A stretch of DNA of 64,000 bases. Source: an uncultured Alphaproteobacteria bacterium (lineage in GTDB: Bacteria > Pseudomonadota > Alphaproteobacteria > ATCC43930 > CGMCC-115725). Both the position numbers and the translations under genes were made by a program. The notes beneath the pieces were generated by a model. The model searched no databases. It was not told the DNA's origin and was given only the letters and a program-made list of their open reading frames with translations. Positions 43,707-55,208 of the stretch are shown piece after piece; position 1 is the first letter of the stretch, and each line of letters begins with the position of its first letter. The stretch covers positions 960,730-1,024,729 of the forward strand of contig CAVZQT010000004.1 in NCBI GenBank assembly GCA_963777435.1, given 5' to 3'.

Positions 43707-46301
43707 TTACGCAGCTTCGGCTCTCATGGTCTCACTGATGACGAGGCCACCCTCACCGGCGGTCACATGGACGACAGAGCCATCGGGAATTCGGCCTTCA
43801 AGGATCGACTGCGCCAATGGATTCTGCAATTCGCGCTGGATCACCCGCTTCAGGGGCCGAGCGCCGTAGATAGGATCGTATCCCGCATTTGCCAGCCAAG
43901 CCATTGCTGCGGAGTCAAGCTCGATCGTAATCTTTCGCTCGGCCAGCAATCGTTTCAGCCGTTCGATTTGAATCGCGACGATGCCCTTCATGTCATCGCG
44001 CGACAAACGACGGAACAGCAAGATCTCGTCGAGCCGGTTCAAGAACTCAGGGCGGAAAGCCGCACGAACCGCTTCCATGACAGCTTCGCGGGCAACGGAC
44101 ACATCAGCCCGCTCCGGTAAGCGCGCCAAGGCCTCACTGCCGAGATTCGATGTCAGCACGATCAGAGTGTTGCGAAAGTCAACGGTGCGACCTTGCCCAT
44201 CGGTGAGCCGCCCGTCGTCGAGAACCTGCAACAACACATTGAATACGTCCGGATGCGCTTTCTCGACTTCGTCGAACAGGATCACCTGATAAGGCCGGCG
44301 TCGTACAGCCTCGGTCAGGCTGCCGCCTTCCTCATAACCGACATAGCCCGGGGGAGCGCCGATCAGCCGTGCAACCGAGTGCTTCTCCATGTACTCGGAC
44401 ATGTCGATGCGCACCATCGCGCTCTCATCGTCGAACAAGAACTCAGCGAGCGCCCGGGTCAGCTCAGTCTTACCAACGCCGGTCGGGCCGAGAAACAGAA
44501 AGGAGCCCATCGGCCGATTGGGATCCTGCAATCCCGCCCGTGCGCGTCGGATCGCGTTCGATACGGCAGTTACCGCTTCGTCCTGGCCGACCACCCGGCG
44601 TTTCAGCGCTTCCTCCATGTGGAGTAGCTTTTCGCGTTCGCTCGACAGCATTTTGTCGACCGGAATACCGGTCCAGCGTGAAACGACCGAGGCAATGTGT
44701 TCTTCGGTGACGGCTTCCTCGAGCATCCGGCCCGCCTCGGCGGCCTCGACCTCTTTCAGCTTTCGTTCCAGCTCAGGAACAACACCGTAAGTGAGTTCGC
44801 CCGCTCGGCTCCAATCGCCGCGGCGCTGTGCTATGTCGAGTTCGGCACGCGCCTGATCCAATTGCTCCTTGAGCTTCTGCGCGCCAGCAAGCTTTTCTTT
44901 CTCCGCGCGCCACTGCGCGGTTAATTCGTCGGAGCGTTCTTCCAGTTCCTCAAGTTCCCGGACCAGTTTTTCCAAGCGATCGCGCGAGGCCGGGTCGCTT
45001 TCTTTCTTGAGTGCCTCTCGCTCGATCTTAAGCTGAATGATTCGCCGGTCGAGCTCATCGATTGCTTCCGGCTTTGAATTGACCTCCATGCGTAGGCGAG
45101 AGGCCGCCTCGTCCATCAGGTCGATCGCCTTGTCCGGCAAAAAGCGGTCGGTAATGTAGCGATTTGACAATGTGGCCGCCGCCACAATGGCGCCATCGGT
45201 GATGCGTACGCCGTGGTGCAGCTCGTATTTCTCTTTGATGCCGCGAAGGATCGAGATGGTATCTTCGACCGACGGCTCATTGACGTACACCGGCTGGAAG
45301 CGCCGAGCCAGGGCTGCGTCCTTTTCGATATTCTTTCGGTATTCGTCGAGCGTCGTGGCCCCGACGCAATGCAACTCGCCACGCGCGAGCGCCGGCTTCA
45401 GCATATTCGAGGCGTCCATCGCACCCTCGGCTTTACCCGCACCGACCAGAGTGTGGAGCTCGTCGATGAATAGGACAATTTCTCCCGAAGCCACGGTAAT
45501 CTCGGTCAGGACCGCTTTCAGCCGCTCCTCAAATTCGCCGCGGAATTTGGAGCCGGCAATCAGCGCGCCCAAATCGAGCGCCAGCAGGCGCTTATCTTTC
45601 AGGCCCTCGGGCACATCGCCATTGACGATGCGTAACGCGAGCCCTTCGACGATGGCGGTCTTTCCGACACCGGGCTCGCCGATCAGCACCGGGTTGTTTT
45701 TCGTCCGCCGTGACAAGACCTGTATTGTGCGCCGAATCTCTTCATCGCGCCCAATCACCGGGTCGAGTTTGCCGTCACGCGCCGCCTCGGTTAGATCACG
45801 CGCGTATTTCTTCAAGGCGTCGTAACCTTCCTCGGCAGATGCACTGTCAGCCCTTCTGCCTTTGCGCACTCCCTCTATCGCGGCGTTGAGCTTTTGGGGC
45901 GTCAGGCCGCCGGCGGCGAGCGCTTTCCCCGCTCCCGTTTCCTTCGCCAAAGTCAGCGCCAATAGGATCCGCTCAACGGTGACAAAACTGTCCCCCGCCT
46001 TTTCCGCGATCTGCTCGGCCTGCTCGAACACCCGCGCGATCTCGGGTGAAAGGTAAACCTGACCCGCTCCCGAACCTTCAACTTTGGGCAATTTGGCGAG
46101 CTCGGCTTCGATCGCGCTCAACACGGTCCGCGCATCGCCTTCAGCCGCCCGAATAAGATTGCTAGCGAGGCCCTCCCGATCCTCCAGCAACACCATCAAA
46201 AGGTGTTCGGGCATCAGCCGCTGATGGCCCCGGCGCAACGCAAGGCCTTGCGCTGCTTGGATAAAGCCCTTCGCCCTATCAGTATATTTTTCGAATTCCA
46301 T
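43707..46301 (-). CDS. clpB: ATP-dependent chaperone ClpB
   Basis: 864 aa with two AAA+ modules ([16 protein letters not shown]), a middle coiled coil and an N-terminal Clp_N domain. Confidence 0.97.
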   Translation of the reverse strand: MEFEKYTDRAKGFIQAAQGLALRRGHQRLMPEHLLMVLLEDREGLASNLIRAAEGDARTVLSAIEAELAKLPKVEGSGAGQVYLSPEIARVFEQAEQIAEKAGDSFVTVERILLALTLAKETGAGKALAAGGLTPQKLNAAIEGVRKGRRADSASAEEGYDALKKYARDLTEAARDGKLDPVIGRDEEIRRTIQVLSRRTKNNPVLIGEPGVGKTAIVEGLALRIVNGDVPEGLKDKRLLALDLGALIAGSKFRGEFEERLKAVLTEITVASGEIVLFIDELHTLVGAGKAEGAMDASNMLKPALARGELHCVGATTLDEYRKNIEKDAALARRFQPVYVNEPSVEDTISILRGIKEKYELHHGVRITDGAIVAAATLSNRYITDRFLPDKAIDLMDEAASRLRMEVNSKPEAIDELDRRIIQLKIEREALKKESDPASRDRLEKLVRELEELEERSDELTAQWRAEKEKLAGAQKLKEQLDQARAELDIAQRRGDWSRAGELTYGVVPELERKLKEVEAAEAGRMLEEAVTEEHIASVVSRWTGIPVDKMLSSEREKLLHMEEALKRRVVGQDEAVTAVSNAIRRARAGLQDPNRPMGSFLFLGPTGVGKTELTRALAEFLFDDESAMVRIDMSEYMEKHSVARLIGAPPGYVGYEEGGSLTEAVRRRPYQVILFDEVEKAHPDVFNVLLQVLDDGRLTDGQGRTVDFRNTLIVLTSNLGSEALARLPERADVSVAREAVMEAVRAAFRPEFLNRLDEILLFRRLSRDDMKGIVAIQIERLKRLLAERKITIELDSAAMAWLANAGYDPIYGARPLKRVIQRELQNPLAQSILEGRIPDGSVVHVTAGEGGLVISETMRAEAA

Positions 46302-46363
46302 GGCAACGCTCCGGTGAGCCAGCCGCGGCGCCCCAAAGGCGACAGCCGCGATCTCTCAAGCGC

Positions 46364-46393
46364 CTATATGGCGTTGTCGGAAAGTCAGGCAAC
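46364..46393 (-). promoter_or_regulatory. possible RpoH (sigma-32)-type promoter of clpB
   Basis: Minus strand GTTGCCT-N13-CGCCATAT, compared with the consensus CTTGAAA-N13-15-CCCCATNT, about 65 nt upstream of the clpB ATG. Confidence 0.3.
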
Positions 46394-46457
46394 CCCGCCT
46401 TGGGGGAGACGGCAGTCCCATGTTCGCTTGCTGCGCCGAGCGCGACGGCGTCAGATG

Positions 46458-46865
46458 TTAAAAACGAGAGGGCTGGTCTTCCCCCGGCGCCATCGGCAAA
46501 GGCGGCTGCGCTGCCTCGTCCTCACCATCGCCATTAAGCGGCTCAGCTTCGTTCATCTCGACATCGGCGGGCGTCATCGGCCGCGGCGCGCCGTGCTGGT
46601 TCGCATCACCATTGGCGTTCATTACCCGGAAGTAATGCTCTGCATGCTGGTACAGGTTTTCCGCCGCGATGCGGTCACCGCTCGCGGCGGCTTCTCGCGC
46701 CAAAGCGACGTATCGCTCGAAGACCTGATAGGCGTTTCCGCGAATTTTGACATTTGGGCCATTGCTGTCGAAAGTTTGAATTCGATGCGGCAACCGCGGC
46801 CGATTGTGATGCGGATTGTTGCCATTATTGCGACCACGCGATCGCTTGTTTGGACCTGGTCTCAT
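46458..46865 (-). CDS. DUF4167 domain protein
   Basis: FDSNGPNVKIRGNAYQVFERYVALAREAAASGDRIAAENLYQHAEHYFR is the conserved alphaproteobacterial DUF4167 core. Confidence 0.8.
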   Translation of the reverse strand: MRPGPNKRSRGRNNGNNPHHNRPRLPHRIQTFDSNGPNVKIRGNAYQVFERYVALAREAAASGDRIAAENLYQHAEHYFRVMNANGDANQHGAPRPMTPADVEMNEAEPLNGDGEDEAAQPPLPMAPGEDQPSRF

Positions 46866-47064
46866 GACACCTATCTAGTAACGGTGGATACTGTCGGATT
46901 TCAGTCCGATCGGAGCGTTCGTCGTCCCCTCAACGATCTCCAGCAGGGCATCTCGCGTCATCTTTTACGCGCGCCCGCACAGCACTAAGCCCGCTTCCCG
47001 ACCACCGTAGACGCGACGGTGGCACATTCCAAGGTTTTTTTGCGAGCGCCCGGTGGCTCAAGGT

Positions 47065-47920
47065 TCAAACTTGGGCCTGACGAGCTACGAGACAACGCTC
47101 GTGCCCGGCAAGATCGCGCTCAATTGCTTCAACATATAGTCCGTTATTGCTGAAGATAGCCGCAACTGAAGAGGCCTGACCTGCCCCGATTTCCACGGCG
47201 AGTAGCGATGAGGGGGCCATCAAGTTAGAGGCGTCTTGGGCAATGCTGCGATAAGCGCACAGACCATCTTGGCCGCCGTCAAGCGCAAGGCCCGGATCAT
47301 ATCGGCTGACTTCCCGCGGCAACTCAGCGAGCGCCGGGGTCGCAATGTACGGAGGATTCGCAACGATAACTTCGAACCGTTCGGCGAGCGCGCCACCCCA
47401 ATCACCCACGAAGAACCGTGCGCGCGCGCCGAGCCCCAACAATCGAGCATTGCGCCGCGCGGCCTCGGCGGCACCGGGCGAAAAATCGACGCCCATGCCG
47501 AAGCCCGATGGCAATTCCGAAAGCAGCGCTAGTAAAAGGCAGCCCGACCCTGTGCCCAAATCGAGCAGCCGAAGCGGAGCGTCTCGATTGGCCCGCGCCA
47601 GCACCGCCTCGACGATGGTCTCGCTCTCTGGCCGCGGATCCAGAGTTTCGGAGCTGAGTTCGAATTTGAGCCCCCAAAACTCGCGCCAGCCCAGTACGCG
47701 GCTAAGCGGCTCGCCCACCGCCAGCCGATTGGTGAGATTACGCAAGTGCTCAGCCTGGGGCTCATCGAGAACGCGATCAGAAGTCTAGCAGCAATTCGGC
47801 CAGTTCTACTCCGAGAGAGCCGCCAATTAGCTGGCGGGCTCGGCGCCGCGGCTCAACATGGCCCGACCGGGACAGGACTGAAGCCGCTTCGGCAAGCACC
47901 GACCCTACGGTCGCTGGCAT
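47065..47920 (-). pseudogene. prmC: release-factor glutamine methyltransferase PrmC (HemK), apparent +1 frameshift
   Basis: The N-terminal domain is in the 47777..47995 frame (MPATVGSVLAEAASVLSRSG...ELAELLLDF*). The catalytic part is in the 47065..47784 frame (..SDRVLDEPQAEHLRNLTNRLAVGEP...LDLGTGSGC...ANPPYI). Both frames are open together only at 47780-47784. Confidence 0.8.
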
Positions 47921-47927
47921 CTGTGCT

Positions 47928-49013
47928 TTAGCCCTCCACGGACGCCAATCTGGTTGCCTGGTCCTCGGCGAGGATCGCGTCGATGACCTCGTCAAGCGCT
48001 TCCCCGGTCATGACCTTGTCTATCTTGTAAAGGGTCAGATTGATCCGATGATCGGTAACCCGCCCCTGCGGAAAGTTATAGGTCCGGATGCGCTCTGATC
48101 TATCACCGCTCCCAACTTGGCTTTTCCGTTCAGCGGCGCGGGCGCTATCGCGCGCCTGCCTTTCCAATTCGTAAAGCCGAGATCGGAGCACTTTCATGGC
48201 TCGCGCCTTGTTTTTGTGCTGTGATTTCTCGTCCTGCTGGATCACCACCAGCCCGGTCGGAAGATGGGTGATGCGGACGGCGCTATCTGTCGTATTGACC
48301 GACTGACCACCGGGGCCGCTGGCGCGAAACACGTCGATGCGCAGGTCCTTGTCGTCAATCTTGACATCGACCTCTTCGGCCTCTGGCAACACAGCAACGG
48401 TAGCTGCGGACGTATGAATCCGCCCGCCTGCCTCTGTCTCCGGGACACGTTGAACGCGGTGAACGCCCGACTCGAACTTCAATCGGGCGAAGACATTGCG
48501 TCCGGCGATCGCGGCGGTTGCCTCCTTGAACCCTCCAAGTCCCGTCTCAGAGAGATCAAGAATTTCGAACCGCCAACCATGCAAGGCTGCGTATCGCTGG
48601 TACATGCGGAACAGTTCGGCGGCAAAAAGCGCGGCTTCTTCCCCTCCGGTGCCAGCGCGAACCTCGATGATGGCATTGCGCTCGTCATCAGAATCCTTTG
48701 GGAGTAAGCTCAGCTTCACTTTGTTTTCAAGATCGGGCAGCTGCTCTCGCAAGCCGCGCAACTCCTCCGCCGCCAGCGCTTTGAGGTCCGGATCATCGGC
48801 TGATCGTGCCATCTCATTGAGCGAGGCGATCTCCTGTCGGGCTCGATCGAGAGCACCTACTTCTTCGACGATTGGAGTGAGTTCGCTGAACTCCTTCGAC
48901 AGCTTGGCGAATTCGGTGCCGCCTAGCCCGCTGCCGCTCAGCGTGGCGCTTAATTCGGCGTGCCGACGAAGGAGCTGTTGCAGACGCGACTCGATGCCGG
49001 TCTCCATACCCAT
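47928..49013 (-). CDS. prfA: peptide chain release factor 1
   Basis: [11 protein letters not shown] (GGQ motif) and the RF1-type PxT region. 361 aa. Confidence 0.96.
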   Translation of the reverse strand: MGMETGIESRLQQLLRRHAELSATLSGSGLGGTEFAKLSKEFSELTPIVEEVGALDRARQEIASLNEMARSADDPDLKALAAEELRGLREQLPDLENKVKLSLLPKDSDDERNAIIEVRAGTGGEEAALFAAELFRMYQRYAALHGWRFEILDLSETGLGGFKEATAAIAGRNVFARLKFESGVHRVQRVPETEAGGRIHTSAATVAVLPEAEEVDVKIDDKDLRIDVFRASGPGGQSVNTTDSAVRITHLPTGLVVIQQDEKSQHKNKARAMKVLRSRLYELERQARDSARAAERKSQVGSGDRSERIRTYNFPQGRVTDHRINLTLYKIDKVMTGEALDEVIDAILAEDQATRLASVEG

Positions 49014-49018
49014 CCACC

Positions 49019-50266
49019 TCAGCCCATCAACGACGCCAGCTCAGCTGGCAGTTCGGTAAACGCCACCCCGTGCTGCGCACCACTGTCAAGATCGCGTAAT
49101 GTTGCCAAGCCGCGCGCAATTTCATCCTCACCGATCAGCACCGCGGCGCGAGCATCGACCCTGTTGGCGCGCCGCATGCGCCGGGCGAGATTACCCGAAT
49201 ATCCAAGGTCAACAACGTAGCCGGCCGACCGAAGCCCCTCCGCAATCTTTGCCGCAATCCGCTCACCAGCTTCGCCGATCGGAATTACCGCGACCGGCCG
49301 CGGCGGCGCTGGTGGCTCCTCGATCAGCATGGCCAGCCGTTCGATCCCGGCGGCCCAGCCGACGCCGGGCAGTGCGGGGCCACCCATCAGCTCAACCAAA
49401 CCGTCATAACGCCCTCCACCCAAGACGGTGCCCTGCGCACCGAGCTCCGATGTTACAAACTCGAAGGCGGTGTGCGTGTAGTAATCAAGCCCGCGCACAA
49501 GGCGCGGGTTAATCTGATAACGAATGTCCAATGCGTCCAACCCGTCACAAACCCTGGCAAAAAATTCTTGTGATTGGGCGTTCAAGTATTCTGCAAAAGG
49601 CGGTGCGTCAGCCGCGACGCGCTTATCGCTCTCGTCCTTTGAGTCGAGGATGCGCAACGGGTTGCGTTCAAGTCGCCGAATGCTATCTTGGGATAGTTTA
49701 GAGATGTGGGCCGAAAAGTACGCGGTGAGTTCGTGGCGGTACGCGGCGCGGCTTTCAGGATCACCCAGCGTGTTGATTTCCAGGACAGCGCGGCTCTCGA
49801 TGCCGAGAGCGCGGAGCACGCGACAGCCGAGGGCGATGACCTCGACATCGGCTTGCGGCTGCGCCACACCGATCAGTTCGATCCCAATCTGATGAAACTG
49901 CCGAAACCGCCCTTTCTGCGGCCGCTCATAGCGGAACATCGGGCCTTCGTAAAAGAATTTAAGCGGCGTGCTCTGAACCAGCCCGTTCGAGAGAACCGAG
50001 CGCACGACGCCCGCCGTATTCTCCGGCCGTAACGCGATCTCTTCGCCGCCCCGGTCCTCGAAAGTGTACATCTCTTTCGAGACGATGTCCGTGCTTTCAC
50101 CAATGGGGCGGGCGAATACCTCGGTAAATTCGAAGATCGGCGTTGCGATTTCCGCAAATCCGTAGAGTTCCGCGACCTTACGAGCCGCCTCTTTGACCTG
50201 CCGATGACGACGCGTTGTCTCGGGCAGCAGGTCTTGGGTTCCGCGCACCGGCTGCAGAAGCGGCAT
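49019..50266 (-). CDS. hisS: histidine--tRNA ligase
   Basis: Class II aaRS motifs ([25 protein letters not shown]). 415 aa. Confidence 0.95.
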   Translation of the reverse strand: MPLLQPVRGTQDLLPETTRRHRQVKEAARKVAELYGFAEIATPIFEFTEVFARPIGESTDIVSKEMYTFEDRGGEEIALRPENTAGVVRSVLSNGLVQSTPLKFFYEGPMFRYERPQKGRFRQFHQIGIELIGVAQPQADVEVIALGCRVLRALGIESRAVLEINTLGDPESRAAYRHELTAYFSAHISKLSQDSIRRLERNPLRILDSKDESDKRVAADAPPFAEYLNAQSQEFFARVCDGLDALDIRYQINPRLVRGLDYYTHTAFEFVTSELGAQGTVLGGGRYDGLVELMGGPALPGVGWAAGIERLAMLIEEPPAPPRPVAVIPIGEAGERIAAKIAEGLRSAGYVVDLGYSGNLARRMRRANRVDARAAVLIGEDEIARGLATLRDLDSGAQHGVAFTELPAELASLMG

Positions 50267-50353
50267 ACCTTACTCCAAAACTCTATCTCTTGCGCTTTCT
50301 GAACCTCGGTAGAAGTTCACATCACGGTTTCCGTAAACTTTCTTCGCCCAAGA

Positions 50354-51487
50354 TCACTGGGCAGGCTCGAGTGCTAGTCCAACCGCTCTTCTCTCAGCTT
50401 CAATTTCTGCCGCTTTCTTCTCAACAAGCTCCACCAGATGATCAACAATGTCTGCATCTTTGAGGCGGTGATCGGTAACGCCGCTTATATAAACTTGGTG
50501 GGTGCCATTGCCGCCGCCGGCGAAACCGATATCCGTCTCACGAGCCTCGCCGGGACCATTTACAACACATCCGATCACCGAGACGGTTAGTGGCGTCGTG
50601 ATATGCGCCAGCCGTTCCTCGAGCTGCTCAACCGTTTTTATCACCTGAAACTGCTGGCGCGCGCAGGAAGGGCAGGAGATCACAGTCACACCGCGGCGCC
50701 GCAAATTGAGCGATTTGAGGATTTCAAAGCCCGCCTTCACCTCCTCGACCGGATCTGCCGATAGCGATATGCGGATCGTGTCGCCAATTCCGGACCAAAG
50801 CAGCATGCCGAGACCAATCGACGATTTGACAGTGCCGCTCCGTAATCCCCCAGCCTCGGTGATCCCGAGATGGAGAGGATAATCGCAAGCCTCGGCAAGT
50901 TGTTGATAGGCCGCTACGGCAAGGAACACATCGGAGGCTTTGCAGGAAATCTTGAACTCAAAGAAATCATTGTCTTCCAAAATTTTGGCGTGGGTCAGGG
51001 CGCTCTCGACCATGGCCTCGGGGCAGGGCTCGCCAAATCGCTCCAGCAGATCGCGTTCGAGCGAACCGGCATTGACGCCTATGCGCATCGAGCAGCCATG
51101 GTCCTTGGCGGCCTTGATCACCTCGCGGACCCGGGCAGACGATCCGATGTTGCCGGGATTGATGCGCAGGCAGGCGGCGCCACTTTCAGCTGCCTCGATT
51201 GCCCGCTTATAATGAAAATGAATATCGGCGACAATCGGCACTGTCGTGTTGCGGACGATTTCCTTGAGTGCTAACGCTGAATCCTGGTCTGGGCAGGAAA
51301 CGCGTACAATATCGGCGCCTGCCTGCTCGAGGGCTTGGACTTGTGCGATCGTCGCTTTCACGTCGCTGGTAATCGTATTGGTCATCGACTGGACGGTAAT
51401 CGGAGCGTTACCGCCCACCGGCACCTTGCCGACGTTAATCTTGCGACATTTGCGGCGATCAATGTCACGGTAGGGCCTCACGCTCAT
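50354..51487 (-). CDS. ispG: 4-hydroxy-3-methylbut-2-en-1-yl diphosphate synthase IspG (GcpE)
   Basis: [21 protein letters not shown], and CPSCAR...GCVVNGPGE Fe-S motifs. Start moved to MSVRPYRD (51487); the track ORF starts at 51637. Confidence 0.93.
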   Translation of the reverse strand: MSVRPYRDIDRRKCRKINVGKVPVGGNAPITVQSMTNTITSDVKATIAQVQALEQAGADIVRVSCPDQDSALALKEIVRNTTVPIVADIHFHYKRAIEAAESGAACLRINPGNIGSSARVREVIKAAKDHGCSMRIGVNAGSLERDLLERFGEPCPEAMVESALTHAKILEDNDFFEFKISCKASDVFLAVAAYQQLAEACDYPLHLGITEAGGLRSGTVKSSIGLGMLLWSGIGDTIRISLSADPVEEVKAGFEILKSLNLRRRGVTVISCPSCARQQFQVIKTVEQLEERLAHITTPLTVSVIGCVVNGPGEARETDIGFAGGGNGTHQVYISGVTDHRLKDADIVDHLVELVEKKAAEIEAERRAVGLALEPAQ

Positions 51488-51569
51488 CCTCGACCTCGCA
51501 CGATGATTATGTCCCGGATATAGAGTGTTCGAACGGCGCGAAAAAGACAGGACCGACAGAAGCTGCCCC

Positions 51570-52763
51570 TCAATCGCTCGCTGCACCCGGGCTCGATAAC
51601 GATCGGGGATCGAGCGATACATTGCGAACCGCTCCAATCGGACCGAGCGCGGGTGTCTTCTTCCCGTCTACCATAACGTCAAGACCCCCGGCATTGCCGG
51701 CTCGCATCGAAAGTCCCGGCTGATCCGGGACGCGGTAAGTATCCCCGGGGTTTAAAAACCCGGTGAAAAGTACCGTGCGGTCGGGAGCGCGGACCTGAAT
51801 CCAGCTGGTGGCGTTAGCCCGGAGCGTAATCCGGGAAGACCGATCTGACTCACCATTGGCGGCTGCCGCCGAGACCTTCTGCGACGGCGACGGTGAGTTC
51901 ACCGGCACGCTCGAAGGGACTGTGTTTGTAGCTGGTCTGGTCTCTTGCGACATGGCTACCGGCTCAGGTGCTTTCTGATTTCCGGCTTGATTACTGAGCA
52001 ATGGCGCCGCAACAGCGCCTTTTGACGGCAAGGTGGTGGGGGCCGCAGCACCGGACGAAGCTCCGGGGGCCGATATTGTAGCGAGTGCTGGGTCTACAAC
52101 CGAGGCTTCGGGGGGCGCTGACGAACGAGCTTTGGGTGAGGCCTCGCTCGGGCTGTCTCCCGCGGCAAATCCCGGGGCTGCTGCCGGGACGGCCGGATCG
52201 CTCCCGTGAGCCAGGGTTGCTGCAGATTTGGAAACCGCCGATTTAGACGCGGAATTCGAGTCCGGCTTTAACGCCAGTAGTCCCGCCGGCACCTCGGCAA
52301 CCCTCTCCGGCACTCTTCGATGGGCGCTAGAGAGGGAATACCAAGTTCCATAGCCGCAGATCGTCAATATAAAAGCGACAATTAAGATCCCGCGGGCCGG
52401 CACGCTGCGCTCACCCAAGGGCATCGGAAAGGTTAGGTCCGGCTTGGCGTTAAGACCGGCCGCTTCAAGCTTGAACCGCCGCAAGACTTCGCTACTGTCA
52501 AGCCCGAGATAGTCGCTGTAAGAGCGCACAAAACCGAGGGCGTAGGCCGTGCCGGGAAGCTGGCCGGGGTGGCCATCTTCAATGGCTACGAGATATACGG
52601 GTTTAATCCTCAGCGTGGCCGCAACGTCCCCGAGATTGAGCCCCATCTGAGAGCGCTGTCGCCGCAAAAGATCCCCGACGGACTCTCCCGTCGCCGCAAA
52701 CGCGGCGGCCCCTTTCGGCTCATCCTCCGCGAGAGGAGATCTGATCCGCCGGAACAATGGCAT
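51570..52763 (-). CDS. RodZ-like helix-turn-helix / DUF4115 membrane protein
   Basis: N-terminal HTH ([36 protein letters not shown]), a TM segment, a Pro/Ala/Ser-rich linker, and C-terminal [17 protein letters not shown]...GDTYRVP. Confidence 0.8.
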   Translation of the reverse strand: MPLFRRIRSPLAEDEPKGAAAFAATGESVGDLLRRQRSQMGLNLGDVAATLRIKPVYLVAIEDGHPGQLPGTAYALGFVRSYSDYLGLDSSEVLRRFKLEAAGLNAKPDLTFPMPLGERSVPARGILIVAFILTICGYGTWYSLSSAHRRVPERVAEVPAGLLALKPDSNSASKSAVSKSAATLAHGSDPAVPAAAPGFAAGDSPSEASPKARSSAPPEASVVDPALATISAPGASSGAAAPTTLPSKGAVAAPLLSNQAGNQKAPEPVAMSQETRPATNTVPSSVPVNSPSPSQKVSAAAANGESDRSSRITLRANATSWIQVRAPDRTVLFTGFLNPGDTYRVPDQPGLSMRAGNAGGLDVMVDGKKTPALGPIGAVRNVSLDPRSLSSPGAASD

Positions 52764-52919
52764 TTTTCAACCCCCGTCCCCCGCAGAGAGAGTAGCAAAA
52801 GTGGCGGCGGCGTCCAACTGCGTGGCAGCGCTGCCGGTCCCATTTATAGCCTTCGTAATGCATGCCACTACGGCTTCACCGTATGACTTTAGCTCAATGG
52901 TAATTTTGTTTAGTCCGGT

Positions 52920-55208
52920 TCACAAGCTAATACAGTGATCACTGGCGTAAGCCTCGAATTTCGATTTGAGCGAATGGTCCGGTCGCGCGCCAATTTCATT
53001 GATATAATCTGCGATGCCAGACAGCTCCACGCTTCGTATCATCGCTTTCACTGAGCCAATCGCCGAGCCCGCCATTGACAAAGTACGAAATCCCAGGCCA
53101 ATCAAGACCATCGCTTCGATCGGATTTCCTGCCATCTCGCCACACATGCTAAGAGGTATGGAGGCCGCCTCCGCTTCCGCTATGATCTCCCGCAACAGCT
53201 TCAACATCGGCGCCGATAACGGGTCGTAGCGATCGGCAAGCCGCGGATTGCCGCGATCGCAAGCGAATAGAAACTGCAGTAGATCGTTTGTTCCGACCGA
53301 GAGGAAATCGACTCGCTCGCAGAGCCCTGGCAGCTGCCACAAAAGCGCCGGCACCTCGACCATAACGCCGACTTTGACGGATGCCGGCGGCAGTCGCCCC
53401 TCTTTCGCGGCTCGCTCGAGCTCCAAGTCCAGGAGCGCGCGGGCACCTTCAAGTTCCGATATTTCGGCAATCATGGGAAACTTTACGAGCAACTGGCGAC
53501 CTGCAGCTGCTCTGATAAGAGCGCGCAATTGCTCGCGCAGCATGGCCGGCCTATCGAGCCCGATCCGAATCGCCCGCCAGCCCATCGCGGGATTATCCTC
53601 CGCGGTGTGGGAGAGATAAGGCAGCAGCTTGTCGCCGCCGATATCAAGCGTCCGGAAGACCACCGGGCGCCCACCTGCGTGCTCCAAGACGCGGCGATAG
53701 TACTCGGTCTGGTCATCGACGGCCGGGAAAGTGTCGCGCACCATCAGTGGCAACTCGGTTCGAAACAGCCCGATGCCTTGGGCGCCAGTGGATGCCAATT
53801 GGGTCACATCCATCAGTAAACCCGCGTTCAGCATCAGCGTAATCACGACGCCATCGCGGGTGACGGCCGGATTGCCCGCTAGCGTGGCGTAGAGGACGCG
53901 CTTGCGCGTCCGCCCCTCGATCGCCGCTATCGTCAATTGCCGAACGTCTTCGCTCGGGCGAATTAGTACTTGGGCATGATCGCCATCGACGATCACGACG
54001 TCGCCCGTCTCGATCCGGGTGGTTGCGTGTTCAACTCGGCCGACCACCGGGATATCGAGCGCTCGAGCGACAATCGCGACGTGTGCGGTTGGCGAACCCT
54101 CTTCGAGCACCAAGCCGGCGATCCCCCGGTTCAAGTGATCCATCAGTTCGGCTGGACCCATCGCCCGGGCAATCAGGATGAATTTCTCTGGTAGTTCCGT
54201 CAGCGAGGCGTCCGGGGAGCGTTCCGATAGATGCCGCTGAAGACGGTTTGCAAGATCTTCCAGATCGACTAGTCGCTCGCGCAAGTAAGGATCACTCGCC
54301 TGAGACATGCGCCGGCTTGTCTCGTCACGAATTCGCTGGACCGCTGCTTCAGCGGTCAAGCCGCTGCGAATGGCGTCGGCGATGCGAGCCACCCAGCCCC
54401 GGTCTGCGGCGAACATGCGATAGGTTTCAAGAATATCGCGATGCTCTCCCACCCCAAGGCCGCCGCTCGCCGCGACCAGTTGGTCGATGGCGTCGCGCAT
54501 CGCCGCGATGGCGTCGCGCAAGCGCTCGATTTCGGTCGTAACGTCCTCGGCAACCACCTGGCGAATGCGGGGTTGCGGTTCGTGTAGCACGACGGGACCG
54601 ATCGCTAGCCCGGGATTGAGCCGGATCCCGGTCAGTCTCACCGGCAAACTGCCCCCGGTACGGCTTTCGGCGATCTCGAGGGGGTTGACGAGTTCACCAC
54701 TGGCGACCAGTTCCGCGATGATCATCGCGATCGTCTGCAGAATTTCGATCTCGTCTTCGCCGTATTGCCGAAGCGTGCGGTTCTGCACCGCGAGGACGCC
54801 GAGGACCCGGCCCCCCCGAAGTATCGGCACCCCCATCAGTGACTGATATATCTCTTCACCAGTTTCCGGCCGATATACGAAGTCAGGATGGGCGCGCGCA
54901 TCCGCCAGCGCCAACGGCCTCGCTGTAGCGGCGATCAGCCCGACGAGGCCTTCTCCGACGCGCAGCCGGGTGCGATGGATTGCTTCAGACCGCAACCCCT
55001 CGGTGGCGAATAGTTCAAGCACCTCGCCAGCCCGCATAATGTAAGCTGAGCACACCTCCGCATTCATCTCTGAGCCGACAATCCGGACAATCCGATCCAA
55101 CCGTTCCTGTGCGGTTCCCGAACCCGCCATCGTATCCCGCAGGCGGCGGAGTAGCCGCCGCGGTCCGCCGATGATGGTTGGCGCCTCGCTCATCCGCGAC
55201 CGCGCCAT
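52920..55208 (-). CDS. ptsP: phosphoenolpyruvate--protein phosphotransferase PtsP (EI-Ntr) with an N-terminal GAF domain
   Basis: GAF region followed by PEP-utilizer motifs (SPTAHVAIVARALDIPVV, FLSVGTNDL). An alternative start ATG at 55193 forms an ATGA overlap with the upstream stop. Confidence 0.93.
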   Translation of the reverse strand: MARSRMSEAPTIIGGPRRLLRRLRDTMAGSGTAQERLDRIVRIVGSEMNAEVCSAYIMRAGEVLELFATEGLRSEAIHRTRLRVGEGLVGLIAATARPLALADARAHPDFVYRPETGEEIYQSLMGVPILRGGRVLGVLAVQNRTLRQYGEDEIEILQTIAMIIAELVASGELVNPLEIAESRTGGSLPVRLTGIRLNPGLAIGPVVLHEPQPRIRQVVAEDVTTEIERLRDAIAAMRDAIDQLVAASGGLGVGEHRDILETYRMFAADRGWVARIADAIRSGLTAEAAVQRIRDETSRRMSQASDPYLRERLVDLEDLANRLQRHLSERSPDASLTELPEKFILIARAMGPAELMDHLNRGIAGLVLEEGSPTAHVAIVARALDIPVVGRVEHATTRIETGDVVIVDGDHAQVLIRPSEDVRQLTIAAIEGRTRKRVLYATLAGNPAVTRDGVVITLMLNAGLLMDVTQLASTGAQGIGLFRTELPLMVRDTFPAVDDQTEYYRRVLEHAGGRPVVFRTLDIGGDKLLPYLSHTAEDNPAMGWRAIRIGLDRPAMLREQLRALIRAAAGRQLLVKFPMIAEISELEGARALLDLELERAAKEGRLPPASVKVGVMVEVPALLWQLPGLCERVDFLSVGTNDLLQFLFACDRGNPRLADRYDPLSAPMLKLLREIIAEAEAASIPLSMCGEMAGNPIEAMVLIGLGFRTLSMAGSAIGSVKAMIRSVELSGIADYINEIGARPDHSLKSKFEAYASDHCISL

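Noticed and set aside
43699-43723. Hairpin GAGCCGA-N11-TCGGCTC at the clpB stop as a terminator or att core.
   Set aside because: The stem is only 7 bp, it lies mostly inside the clpB coding sequence, and there is no U-tract.
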